DNA of 64,000 nt from Azolla caroliniana (taxonomy: Eukaryota; Plantae; Polypodiophyta): contig JBHGNT010000008.1 of assembly GCA_043228905.1 (NCBI GenBank), forward strand, positions 1,798,001-1,862,000, written 5' to 3'. This document shows positions 52,969 to 64,000 of this stretch, piece by piece. Positions within the stretch are counted from its first letter, which is position 1; each line of letters begins with the position of its first letter. Below the pieces are notes generated by a model. The model saw only the letters and a program-made list of their open reading frames with translations, ran no database searches and was not told the DNA's origin. The position numbers and the translations under genes were made by a program.

Positions 52969-53000
52969 TATTTATAGCACTACATTAGGCCCAAGCCCAT
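52969..53000 (-). promoter_or_regulatory. MT copy 2 core promoter (TATAAATA, TGGGCY motifs)
   Basis: TATAAATA at 52969-52976 on the minus strand, same context as copy 1. Confidence 0.7.
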
Positions 53001-55244
53001 AACCTTTTTTTCTTCTTCTTTTGAAATTTATTTATTGTTATAATCAAATGTTTTGATTCTCATCCCTTATCTCATTCTTCATTCCTCTAGGATGATACTC
53101 CACCATCTCCGGGTCCTCGAAGGGAGAGATCATGGAGGTCCTACCATACCTAGGGTTTGCTCGTTTGTCCCCACACATACATTCTTGATTGGTGATGGAA
53201 AGATTCGGTATCAATTCCATGAAAAAAAATGGTATTGAATTCTTCATCAAGATTGGTAGACTTTACTCATGACCCTCACGTATCGATTTGGTAACACAAT
53301 ATCGGATCATAGTTTATTTGTCATCCTCGGTTATTGGTTTCCACTCAATTGTATCAACACGACTTTTACTGCTACCTTCGAATGTCAATTTGATTACAAT
53401 AGATAACCCTTTATTTGGTACCCTCAGACATCGATTCAATAACAGGATTCAAATGTCAAAATCAGACGTATGGAATCAAAGAAATAAAAAACCTAGAAAA
53501 AGGGCAAACGTGACATAGTTTAGAACCCATTATGTTGAATTGGAATAGATTATGACATTGTGAATTTTATCATTCATCCGAAATTGATGATGTTGTAGCC
53601 GTGAGGACTTTTAAGACCAAGCAAACAAACGTGGTAATCACTCCCATTAGAGTGGTGTGAAGTGGGGAATGGGAACATTGTTCGAAAACAATGTTAAAAA
53701 GGTTATTTTATGTCTAGCTCATTCTTTAGAGCGTCTCCCTCACGAATGTATTCTTTTAATATGATATTATCAAGTTTGTGCGTGACAAACACACGCCATT
53801 GAGTGGTACCCACTCCTTGAGTACTATAAATTAGCATGTATAAGCTTGTCGTCACAAGTACCAAATCAATTGGCCCACATCCTTGAATATGGACGATTTT
53901 TCTTGTTTAGTTAGTGCATGTTCTTGATTGAGAGCATAATTAGCTAATGAAAATATTCCCTTACTATAGCTAAAGGATTTTCCAACCCTATCATTTTAGC
54001 TTCATTCACACATGCATCATATCATAATGAAGCAGTGCTTATACATATTATTAGATGGATACAGATCTAGATACGACGTGCATGTTAAGCATCTTATTAT
54101 ATATTTAAATAAGCAATCAATGATAAAACTCAATCTTAAACTAACATTCTTTGTATATCTAACTTGGAAATCAATTGATGAAGTGAATTGTAAACAACAA
54201 TACATTATTGACATATTGTGGGTGCAATGATAGGCATTGTGGGCTGCCCTTGCATATTATTTTTCACAACATATACATTTGTAATTGCATGTGTTTGCGT
54301 CTAACCAAAACAAAAAACAGGTACCATGATTGAAGTATTTGTTATGGAACGGTCTAAAGAACAAGAGCAACAACTTGCGCAAAAGATCCACATGATTTTC
54401 TCATCAACACATGATCTCAAGCACAAATATAAAGTGAATCCTTTGGTTGTGACAAAGATTTGACTCTCGTGTAACTTTGCAACCATGTGCTTGCATCCAC
54501 AAATCTAAGTGAATCTTTATCTGAGAGTTGTGACAAAATTTTCACTCATTCATTGGAATCTAGGGACACTAGAACGTACCAATTTCCAACTTGTCCATAT
54601 GTTGACCATTATTCCCATCCATGTCAAACTTTTCCCATTAAAGAAAATGTATCATTCATAACACTTTTGTATTACACATTGTGAGGCATTAAGTCAATAA
54701 TGTGACATATGGCGGATATGTCGTGTCATACAAGCCTGGGAAAAGTCCTCACTTTTGAGAGAGGATATATGTCTTCTTGAGGGATCTACAAGTGTTACAT
54801 GTAGTACACATGTAGGAAGAGAGATTGGCACGCCTAATTTGATTTTAGCCAAGAGTTTGATGAATGATTCATACCCATAAAATGGTCAAAAATAAAGTAG
54901 AAACATAGATCAATGCGAGTAAATGTGGATAATCACTTTAGGTAATGTGATTCTAATAACCATGTTATAAACAATTAAGTCAAATAGATTGAGGAGCCAA
55001 CAAATAATACTTAAGAAGATGCCACAATTTATGTCAAAATATGCATCAATTTAAGACATGTGCATCTATATCATAAACTATTGTTAGGGTTTAGGATAAG
55101 GCATAGGATGACCTTATTTATGCAAATAAGGTTAGGGTAACACTATACATTATTTGAATAATATGCAAGGATTGGAAAGAATATTGGGTTTCTATGGTGA
55201 TATTTCCTAAATCATTATGGTTATTTGACACATTGATAATAATA

Positions 55245-56066
55245 TTCGGGGGTTATAACACTTATACCCCTTTTGTTCATGCAAGTAGTCGACGAGTATG
55301 CACTTCTCCGATTTCGGATCCAGATTCCTCTTCTTCTCATCCGGTACATGCACATATGCTATGCTACCGAATATCCGAAGGTGTTTCAAATTCGGCTTCC
55401 GCCCAAAATACAGCTCATGTGCTTACACCTTGTCCTAAAACCGGTTTTGGATGTAGACGGTCATTCGGACCGCCTTAGCCCAGTAGAATTTGGGCATGCT
55501 CTTCTCCTCTAGCATTGCCCTTGCCGCGTCGAAAATCGACCAGTTCTTTCTTTCGGCCACACCGTTTTGTTCCGGTGTATATCGAAAGTTGAATTCTCTC
55601 CGAATTCCTTTTTGTTGCAGATAACTGTTGAATTGGCCAGAAAAGTATTCTTTTCCACCATTCGATCACAGGCACTTTATCTTCCTCTCCGTTTCCCTTT
55701 CGACTAAGCTTTGAGGTTCCCAAAACAGTGGAAGACTTCGCTTTTCTTCTCGATGAGGTAGATCCACGTGTGTTAGCTGTAGTCGTGGGATGAAGGAGAC
55801 AAAATACTGACTCCCGCCAAGACTAGCGTTCTGTGTCGGTCCCCATACATCCGACTGGATTAGATCGAGCTTGTTACGGCTCCAATTTCGTTCAGTTGGG
55901 AATGGAAGCCGGTGTTGCTTCCCGAGTTGGCAAGCTTCACATATTTGGGCCTTTCGGCCACTAAACTTCGGCAATCCGAACACAACTTGTTTCGATTGTA
56001 GATCTTGAATGGCCGATCCGCTTATGCCAGAGATCGATGTCCGATTCAATCTTCTGTCCTTTGGCA
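55245..56066 (-). mobile_element. Copia B-type integrase fragment (3' side of the A/G insertion site)
   Basis: KGQKIESDIDLWHKR, CEACQLGKQHR, SDVWGP, IFGSIAYVHVPDEK; ends in TGGCA (56062-56066). Confidence 0.85.
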
Positions 56067-56357
56067 TGATAGGCAATAGCGTGAAAGTATTGCTCGGCCA
56101 CAACTGAGTCTCAAATCTCTCTATGAAGGACCAAACACAGGAATGGGAAATAGGTATAATGAATGCACGTACATAAAACGACGATAGAGAACACAGGATG
56201 TTTACATGGAAAACCCTAATCGGGGAAAACCACGGGAGCCCACGGACTCTGAACTATCACTATATGAGAGGAAATACAAAGTGGAAACACAAAGGCAACA
56301 ACCTCGTGCTCACGATCTTCCCCAGACGGCGGTTACAACAGAAAGTGCTCGTAGCTA

Positions 56358-56394
<37 letters not shown>

Positions 56395-59300
56395 CAACAA
56401 TAATAACAAAAACAACACCCCCATTCTGTGATTGCCCTAAGTCATATTTATACTCATATGACCTTAGGGCTATTTACAAATATAACCTCAATGTCATGAT
56501 ATGGCAAGACTCGAACCCATGACCTTATATTATATGGGTCGAGCTCTTGACCATTATACCATCTATTGTAATACATAGGATATTATTTTCATTTAAGTTT
56601 TATTATAGGAAATTAATGTATATTCCAGATTTCTCTAGAACATTCTAGAAGCTTCAAGATTACTCTTGAGAACACTATAAAAGAAGGCACTAGGAATTAT
56701 GTTGAACCAAATTAGTTCAACGCCAGTCTTAAGCCTCTTAGCCACTTTGTACTTATCCTCCACATAATATATTAGCTGTTATCATCATCATCTCTCTATC
56801 TCATCCTCGCTATCTCTCTCTCCTCTCCTCTCTTTCTCTCTCGGGAATCTTACGCAGTCCCTCTTAGTACTAATAGTACTTCTCTTCTTTAGTACTAATT
56901 CTCTCTCTGCTTTAGTACTATTCCTGACACTCAATGGGCTTACTCTAACATATTTACAAATATGTGCCATCCTCCGGTTCTCACCACGTCCATCCGATCC
57001 AGTTTCCGGATTCGATCCGGGTCCCTTCCGGATCTGGTTCCTTCATCCGGTTCTCCTCCAGTTTTCAACCGGATCCCATCCGAAGGGACCGAAATCCTAA
57101 CAATCTCCCCCTTCACTACGGCATGAGATGTCTCATTAGCCCGATCCGCCTTCGACACATGTCTAGCTTGTCGGTTGTCAGCACCTTGGTGAGCATGTCC
57201 GACCCGTTCTCCTCTGTATGAACCTTCATCAAAGTGAAGTTTTTGTCCTCTAGTCTCTCCGGGATGAAGTGGTACCTGCGTTGGATGTGCTTTGTCCTGG
57301 ATTGGTACGCCATGTTCTTTGCAAGGTGGATGGCACTTTGACTATCGCAGTGGAGCCGATATTCCTCGTGTCGGATCCCTAGCTCTCCGATGAAGTTCTT
57401 CATCTAGATTATCTCCTTGCCAGCTTCCACAGCTGCCATGTACTCCGCTTCCGTTGTTGACAGTGCAATAGACTTCTGCAACCTCGACTGCCATGATACG
57501 GCTCCCCTTGCATAAGTCATGAAATATCCAGATGTAGACCGGCTGGTATCCGCATCAGCCGTCATATCCGAATCCGTGAATCCGTCGAGTTGGGGTTTTC
57601 CTGAACCGAACCGGAGGCACATGTCAGAGTTTCCCTTCAAGTATTGGAGTATCCACTTGACCGCGTTCCAATATTCTCTTCCCGGATTGCTCTTGAACCG
57701 GCTAACTACTCTGACGGCGTAACCGATGTCTAGCCAGGTACACACCATCGCATACATCAAGCTCCCGACGGCAAAGGCATATGGTATCTTCATCATATCC
57801 GACTTCTCTGCCTTTGTCTTCGGGCTCTGCTTTTCGGACAACTTGCAATTTGCTGGAAGTGTCGATCCGACTGGTTTCGCCTCCGACATGTTAAACCTTT
57901 GAAGCACCTTTGTCACGTATTGCTCCTATGACAACCACAACACCTTCTCCAACTGGTCCCGGATGATGTGCATCCCCAAAATCTGTCTTGCCGGACCCAA
58001 GTCTTTCATTGAGAAGGTCCAGTTTAGGGCCTTCTTCAACATTCGTATCTTGAGTTGGTCTCGTCTGACGATCAACATGTTGTCCATGTACAGGAGCAAT
58101 ATCAGGAAATCTCCTCAGTCAAATTTCTTCACAAACATGCAGTGACCGGCTTGCGTCTTGTGGTACCCTTTATCCTTCATGAAGGAGTCGTACTTCCGGT
58201 ACCATTGTCGGGGAGCTTGCTTCAATCCGTATAACCTCTTCTTTAGCTGGCATACCAGGTGCTCCTTCCCTTACCTCTCAAATCCTTCCGGTTGATGCAT
58301 GTAGAACTCTTCTTCGAGGTCACCATGTAGGAATGTCGTCTTGACGTCCAATTGCTCTACCTCGAGGTCCATACTTGCCGCTATGCTCAATACCGTCCGA
58401 ATGGATGTCATCTTGACTACCAAGGCAAAGATCTCATCGAAATCCACACCTTTCTTCTGTTAGAAACCCTTTATCACGATCTGGGTGTTGTACCTCGGTG
58501 GATTTCCAGCGTCTCCCGGTTTCAGCTTGTACACCCACTTATGCCGGAGTGCTCTCTTTCCTTTCAGCAGCTCCATCAATTCATATGTGTGGTTCTCATG
58601 CAGGGAATCAATCTCATCCTGCATGGCACTTAACCACTTGCGGTTGTGGGGGTCTTTCTTTGCTTCTTTGAAGCTTTTCGGCTCCCCCTCGTCCATCAGC
58701 AATACGTGCTCTGCATTCGAAAATCTTCAGGGGGCTCTTCTCTCTCTAAGAGGGTATCTTCATCCTTGGTTTCTAACTACTGGTTCCTCTATTTGTTCTT
58801 CATCCAAATCTGATTCGGGATCTTGTTTGGTTCTGGTGTCTTCTTCTTCTTCTTCAGTCTGTTCAGTTTCTTGTCTGAATCCGATCGAATCATCGAGTGT
58901 CACCTGGCTTCCAGCTAACATCCAGTTTTTAACCAAGTAAGTCATTGTGTCCTCAAGCCGATTTTCATTGGATGATCCGGATTTCATCACCTTTTTCCCC
59001 GACTCGCAATGGGCAATGGTCCTGTCTTCCATGAAGACTATATCCCAACTCCGGAACACCTTGTCGACCAGATCCCACACCCGGTAACCGAACTCATCAT
59101 CATTGTATCCAAGGAATATGCATGGCCTGGACTTCAGATCCAGCTTTGCTCTCTTCTCCTTTGCAACATGCACATAGGCGAGACACCCAAACAGCTTCAG
59201 ATGCCGGTAAGACACATCTTTACCGGTCCATACTTACTACAGTGAGTCTCCTTCCAAGGGAGTTCAGGGTGATTTGTTTATCACATACGTCGCCGTCATC

Positions 59301-60650
59301 AGCACCTCAGCCCAAAATGTCTTGGGTAGCTTTGAAAGTGCCAGCATGCTCCGGACTCTCTCCATCACGGTCTAGTTCATCCGTTCGGCCAGCCCGTTTA
59401 GTTCCGGCAACTTCACCACGGTGAATTCGAGTCTGATTCCCTTCGATCGACATTACTCCTCAAACTGCCCTCGGTATTCTCCTTCTTTATCTGCTCAAAC
59501 TACTTTCAGCTTCCAGCCAGTTTCTCTTTCCACTCTCGTGTGGAGTTCCTTGAAGAGAGACAACTCCTAATCCTTCGTCTTCAATGGTGCGACCCACAGT
59601 TTCCTGTTGTGGTCATCTATGAACATCACGAAGTACTGCGATCCGGCATGTGACTTCGTGTCCACTTGACACACATCGGTATGCACCAGCTCCAGTGGTG
59701 CATTCTGTCTCATCGGTGGTCTTGACCGGAAGGAGGTTCAGTTTTGCTTGCCGGCTAAGCAATCGGTGCACTTCTCAAGATGCACGCCTTTCACCTCTGG
59801 AATGAGATTGTCTTTGGCAAGTCTTCTCATCCCCTTCTGGCTCATATGACACAGTCTCTTGTGCCATAGCTCACCGGCAGTATCAGATGCTACGCTCATT
59901 TCTTCCCTGCATATCCGGGCATGCATCAGGTATAGCGTATTGATCTTCTAGGCTCGAACCATGATCAAGATTCCCTTGTTGAACTTCATGACTCCGTTCC
60001 GAATGCTACCCATGTAGCCTTCATCATCTAGCCGACCGGCTTATATCAGGTTCAACCAGACCTCCGGAACGCGTCAGACATCCTTCAACCGCAACTTGCA
60101 CCTAGTTGATGTAGTCAACCACAAATCTCCTATGCCGACGATTCGGCATGTGCCTTCATTCCCTATCCGGACACAACTGTGATCTCCGGCTGTGTAGGAT
60201 GAGAAGCATTTCCGGTCCAGTGTCAAATGGATTGATGCTCCGGAATCCACAACCCACTTTGTCTCATCGCCGACAAGGTTTAACTCATTCTCCTCGGTAA
60301 TGAGCATCAGTTCTTCTTCACTTGTCGCAATTGCCGACGTTCCCTTCTGATCCAAGCCTTTCCAGTCCGAAAATGTCAACAGTTCTTCTAGAAGTGCCCT
60401 GGCTTCCCACAATAGAAGCAAGTAGGCCTCCCCCTTGACTTCGACCTCGTCCCCGATTTATCCCAGTTTTGGGGACTCTGATGCCAGCCTCTTCCCCGGT
60501 TGTGGTCATCTTCCGTAACCAAGGCCTTCGGATCGGTTCTGGACCCCCGATCCTTTCGGCGAGCTTCTTCATCAAGAAAGATTGATTTTACCCTTGCTAG
60601 GGATAACGCCTTTCCTTCCGTCCTAGCGTTGCCCAACATGACAACTAACG
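56067..60650 (-). mobile_element. Ty1/copia element G (3' LTR 56067-57102, RNase H, RT, integrase, protease, part of gag); duplicate of A
   Basis: PPT AAGGGGGAGAT at 57103-57113; RTKHIQRRYHF, STTEAEY, YMDNML; collinear with 3243-5350. Confidence 0.92.
56492..56929 (+). mobile_element. Solo LTR (chromovirus-like) nested in the copia G LTR, TSD CTCAA
   Basis: TGTCA...TGACA; CTCAA at 56487-56491 and 56930-56934; TATAAAA followed by GTTGAAC..GTTCAAC.CCAGTCTT, shared with the 38577 LTR. Confidence 0.85.
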
Positions 60651-63600
60651 TGTTGGGAAATCGGTGTCTCCGGATGGGATCCGGTGATGAATAAAGAGGA
60701 CCCGGTGAGAACTGGAACATAAGATAGATTTGTAAATATGTCTTGAATAATCCCATTGAGGCTATATTTGTAAATAGCCCTAATTTCATATAACTATAAA
60801 TATGACTTAGAGCAATCACTTTGTGTGTGTGATTGTGTTGTCATATTGTTGTAACTGTTGTACAGAGAGAGAGGGAGAGAGAGGGAGAGAGAGGGAGAGA
60901 GAGAGATACAGAGTGATACTCTGTTGTAACCGCCATTGTGCGAAGAAACAGAACTCGAGGTCATTGCCTCTAAGTCTCTCATTGTACCCCTTTCTCTTCA
61001 TTGTGATAGTTCGGAGTCTGTGGGCTCCCATGGTTTTTCCCTATTAGGTTTTTCCACGTAAACATCATGTGTTATTTTCTTGTGTACTCTCCACTTCCCA
61101 TTTCTATGTTTGATTCTTAAACAAGTGATTTATTACTCGGTTGTGGCCGAACGATATTCCGCGCATTTCTTTTCAATCTAGTATCAGAGCGAACAACACA
61201 GAAAATGGAAGAATCTTACGGCGCCATGTTCAAAGCTCACCGGCTCCAACTACTCCGTGTGGAAGTCGAAGATGAGGGACATGCTAGTGTTTAAAGATCT
61301 TTGGTTGTCGGTTCAGTTCGGGGACAAGAGACCGGATAAGATCGACGCCATGGTGTGGGAGGTGATGCACATGAAGACAACAACATACATCCGGTGCTTC
61401 ATTGACATGAGCATGTACAATAACTTCAATGAAGAGAGTAAGGCTCATGAACTCTAGGAGAATATCGACATCACGTTCCAGAACAAGAATGTCATTAATC
61501 GGGTTTCGGTATTTCGGAAGCTAGTGAGGCTCCGGTACCAAGACGGCTCCAGTATGGCGGAGCACATGAATGCCTTCCAGAGGCTGATACACCAAGCAAC
61601 CTCATTGGAAGTACCTCTCACGGATGAGGTACTTGCTCTACTACTGCTCGGTTCCCTCTTGGATAGCTGGGAGACGTTAGTTGTCACGTTGGGCAACGCC
61701 AGGCCGAAAGGAAATCAACTATCCTTAGCAAGAGTCAAGTGGAGCTTGCTTGATGAGGAGGCGCGTCGGAAAGACAAGGAGGTGATCTCCGACGCCAAAG
61801 CCCTCCTTATCAAATTGGAACGCGGAAGACAAAGGAATCAGAGTCCATAGAACCGAGAAAAGTCGGGGACACGGTCAAAGTCAAGGGGGAGGTCCACTTG
61901 CTTCTATTGCGGCAAGCCGGGGCACTTCTAGAAGAATTGTTGACATTTCCGGAAAGACAAGGGAACCGAAAGTACCGATTCGCAGAAGTCACTGGACAGA
62001 AACGGTTCGGATCGGCGAGGCCCGGATCGGAAGGGAATGACGACGATCGCGGTAAGTGAAGAAGAACTAATGCTCATCACCGAGGAGAGTGAGTTGAACC
62101 TTGCCGTTAATGAAACAACGTGGGTTGTCGATTCCGGAGCCTCGTTCCACCTTACCCCGGACCGGAAATGCTTCTCGTCCTACATAGCCAGTGAGCACGA
62201 CTGTGTTCGGATGGGGAATGAAGGGACATGCCGAATTATTGGCATAGGAAATGTGTTGCTGACGACATCAACCGGATGCAAGTTGATGTTGAAGGATGTC
62301 CAACACGTTTCGGAGGTTCAACTGAACTTGATATCAACCGGTCGGCTAGATGATGAAGGCTACACAGGTAGCATCCGGAACGGTGTCATGAGGTTCTACA
62401 AAGGGAGCTTAATAGTGGCTCGAGCCCGGAAGGTTAACACACTAAACTTAATGCATGCCCGGATATGCCGGGATGAAGTGAACGTAGCATCCGACACTGC
62501 CAGTGAGCTGTGGCACAGAAGACTATGTCACATGAGTGAGAAGGGGATGAAGTGAACGTAGCATCCGACACTACCGGTGAGCTGTGGCACAGAAGACTGT
62601 GTCACATGAGTGAGAAGGGGATGAAGAGGCTTGCTGACGACAACCTCATTCCGGTGAAGGACATGCAATTTGAGAAGTGCACTGAATGCCTGGCCGACAA
62701 GCAAAACCGAACCTCCTTCCGATCAAGACCACCGATGAGACGGAATGCACCACTAAAGTTGGTGCATACCGATGTGTGTCAAGTAGACACGAAGTCACAT
62801 GCGGGATCGCAGTACTTCGTGACGTTTATAGATGACCACAGCCGGAAGCTGTGGGTCTCACAATTGAAGACGAAGGATCAAGTGTTATCTATCTTCAAGG
62901 AGCTCCACGCGAGAGTGGAAAGAGAAACCGGTCGGAAGCTGAAAGCGGTTTGAGCAGATAACAGAGGAGAATACCGGGGGCAGTTCGAGGAGTACTGCCG
63001 GTCGAAGGGAATCTGGCTTGAATTCACCGTGCTGAAGATGCTAGAACTAAACGAGTTGGTCAAAAGGATGAACCGGACCATAATGGAGAGAGTCTGGAGC
63101 ATGCTCGCATATGCCAAGTTACCCAAGACGTTTTGGGCTGAGGCGCTAACAACAACGACCTATGTGATAAACAGATCACCCTCAGTACCCTTGGGTGGAG
63201 ACTCACCACAAAAGTATGGACCGGTAAGGATGTGTCTTACCGGCATCTGAAGGTGTTCGGGTGTCTCGCATACATGCATGTGGTGAAGGACAAGAGAGAA
63301 AAGTTGAATCCGAAGTCCCGGCCATGCATATCCCTTGGATACGGCGATGATGAGTTTGGTTACCGAGTGTGGGATCTGGTCAACAGAAAGATGTTCCGGA
63401 GTCGGGACATAGTCTTCATGGAAGACAGGACCATTGCCGAATGGGAGTCGGAGAAGAAGGTAATGAACTCTTGATCATCCATTGAGAACCAGCCTGAGGA
63501 CAAAAGGATATACCCGGTTGAAAACCGGATGTTAGCCGGTAACCGGATGACACTTGATGAACCGGCCTGATACGGACAGGAAACCGAACCGACCGAAGAA

Positions 63601-64000
63601 GAAGACATTAGAACCGGACAAGATCCCGAATCGGATTCGGATTCGGAACAAATGGAGGAACTAGTAGTCAAAAACCAAGGACGGAGATATCCTCTCCAGG
63701 AGAGAAGAGCCCCCCGAAGATTTCCAGAAGTAGAGCATGTGTTGCTAACCGATGAGGGGGAGGCGGAGAACTTTGAAGAAGCAAGGGGAGACACCCACAA
63801 CCACAAGTGGTTGAGTGCCATGCAGGATGAGATGGATTCCCTGCATGAGAACCACACATATGAATTGGTGGAGTTGCCGAAAGGAAAGAGGGCACTCCGG
63901 AATAAGTGGGTGTACAAGCTGAAACCAGGAGACACCAGAAATCCACCAAGGTATAAGGCCCGAATCGTGGTGAAGGGCTTCCAACAGAAGGAAGGAGTGG
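60651..64000 (+). mobile_element. Ty1/copia element H (A family), inserted in G in opposite orientation; runs off the window
   Basis: 5' LTR 60651-61175; PBS TAGTATCAGAGC 61179-61190; gag from ATG 61205; WVVDSGAS; integrase; RT start; 75-bp tandem duplication ~62476-62625. Confidence 0.92.

Larger units (their letters stand above)
47701..54013 (+). repeat. Segmental duplication, copy 2
   Basis: Collinear with 24172-30497. Confidence 0.95.

Noticed and set aside
53044-53250. 68-aa minus-strand ORF upstream of MT copy 2
   Set aside because: No motif and no promoter evidence; no equivalent ORF is called in copy 1.

Overview
Eukaryotic, TE-dense plant genomic DNA, most likely from a non-seed land plant (fern, lycophyte or bryophyte; inferred from the Tcn1-like chromovirus and Trp-primed non-chromovirus Ty3/gypsy). 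Most of the window is nested, largely decayed LTR retrotransposons: several Ty1/copia copies from two families, a near-intact tRNA-Trp-primed Ty3/gypsy, a gag-only relative of it, and a chromovirus inserted into a pogo/Tigger transposase. The only intact host genes I can support are two tandem, two-exon metallothionein genes on the minus strand (28311-29280 and 51858-52804). The ORF track misses both, and they lie in a ~6.3 kb segmental duplication. A TGGCA target-site duplication split between 6426 and 56062 indicates a much larger tandem unit, so more MT copies may lie outside the window. Other notable signals: a canonical -1 ribosomal frameshift signal (GGATTTT plus pseudoknot) between protease and RT in the gypsy; antisense tRNA-like A/B boxes at the start of chromovirus-type LTRs; a spliced-looking fragment of a bacterial-type N4/N6 DNA methyltransferase; and a TA/TTAA-flanked TIR pair in direct orientation that marks an inversion. 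All alignments and comparisons were done by eye, with no database searches.
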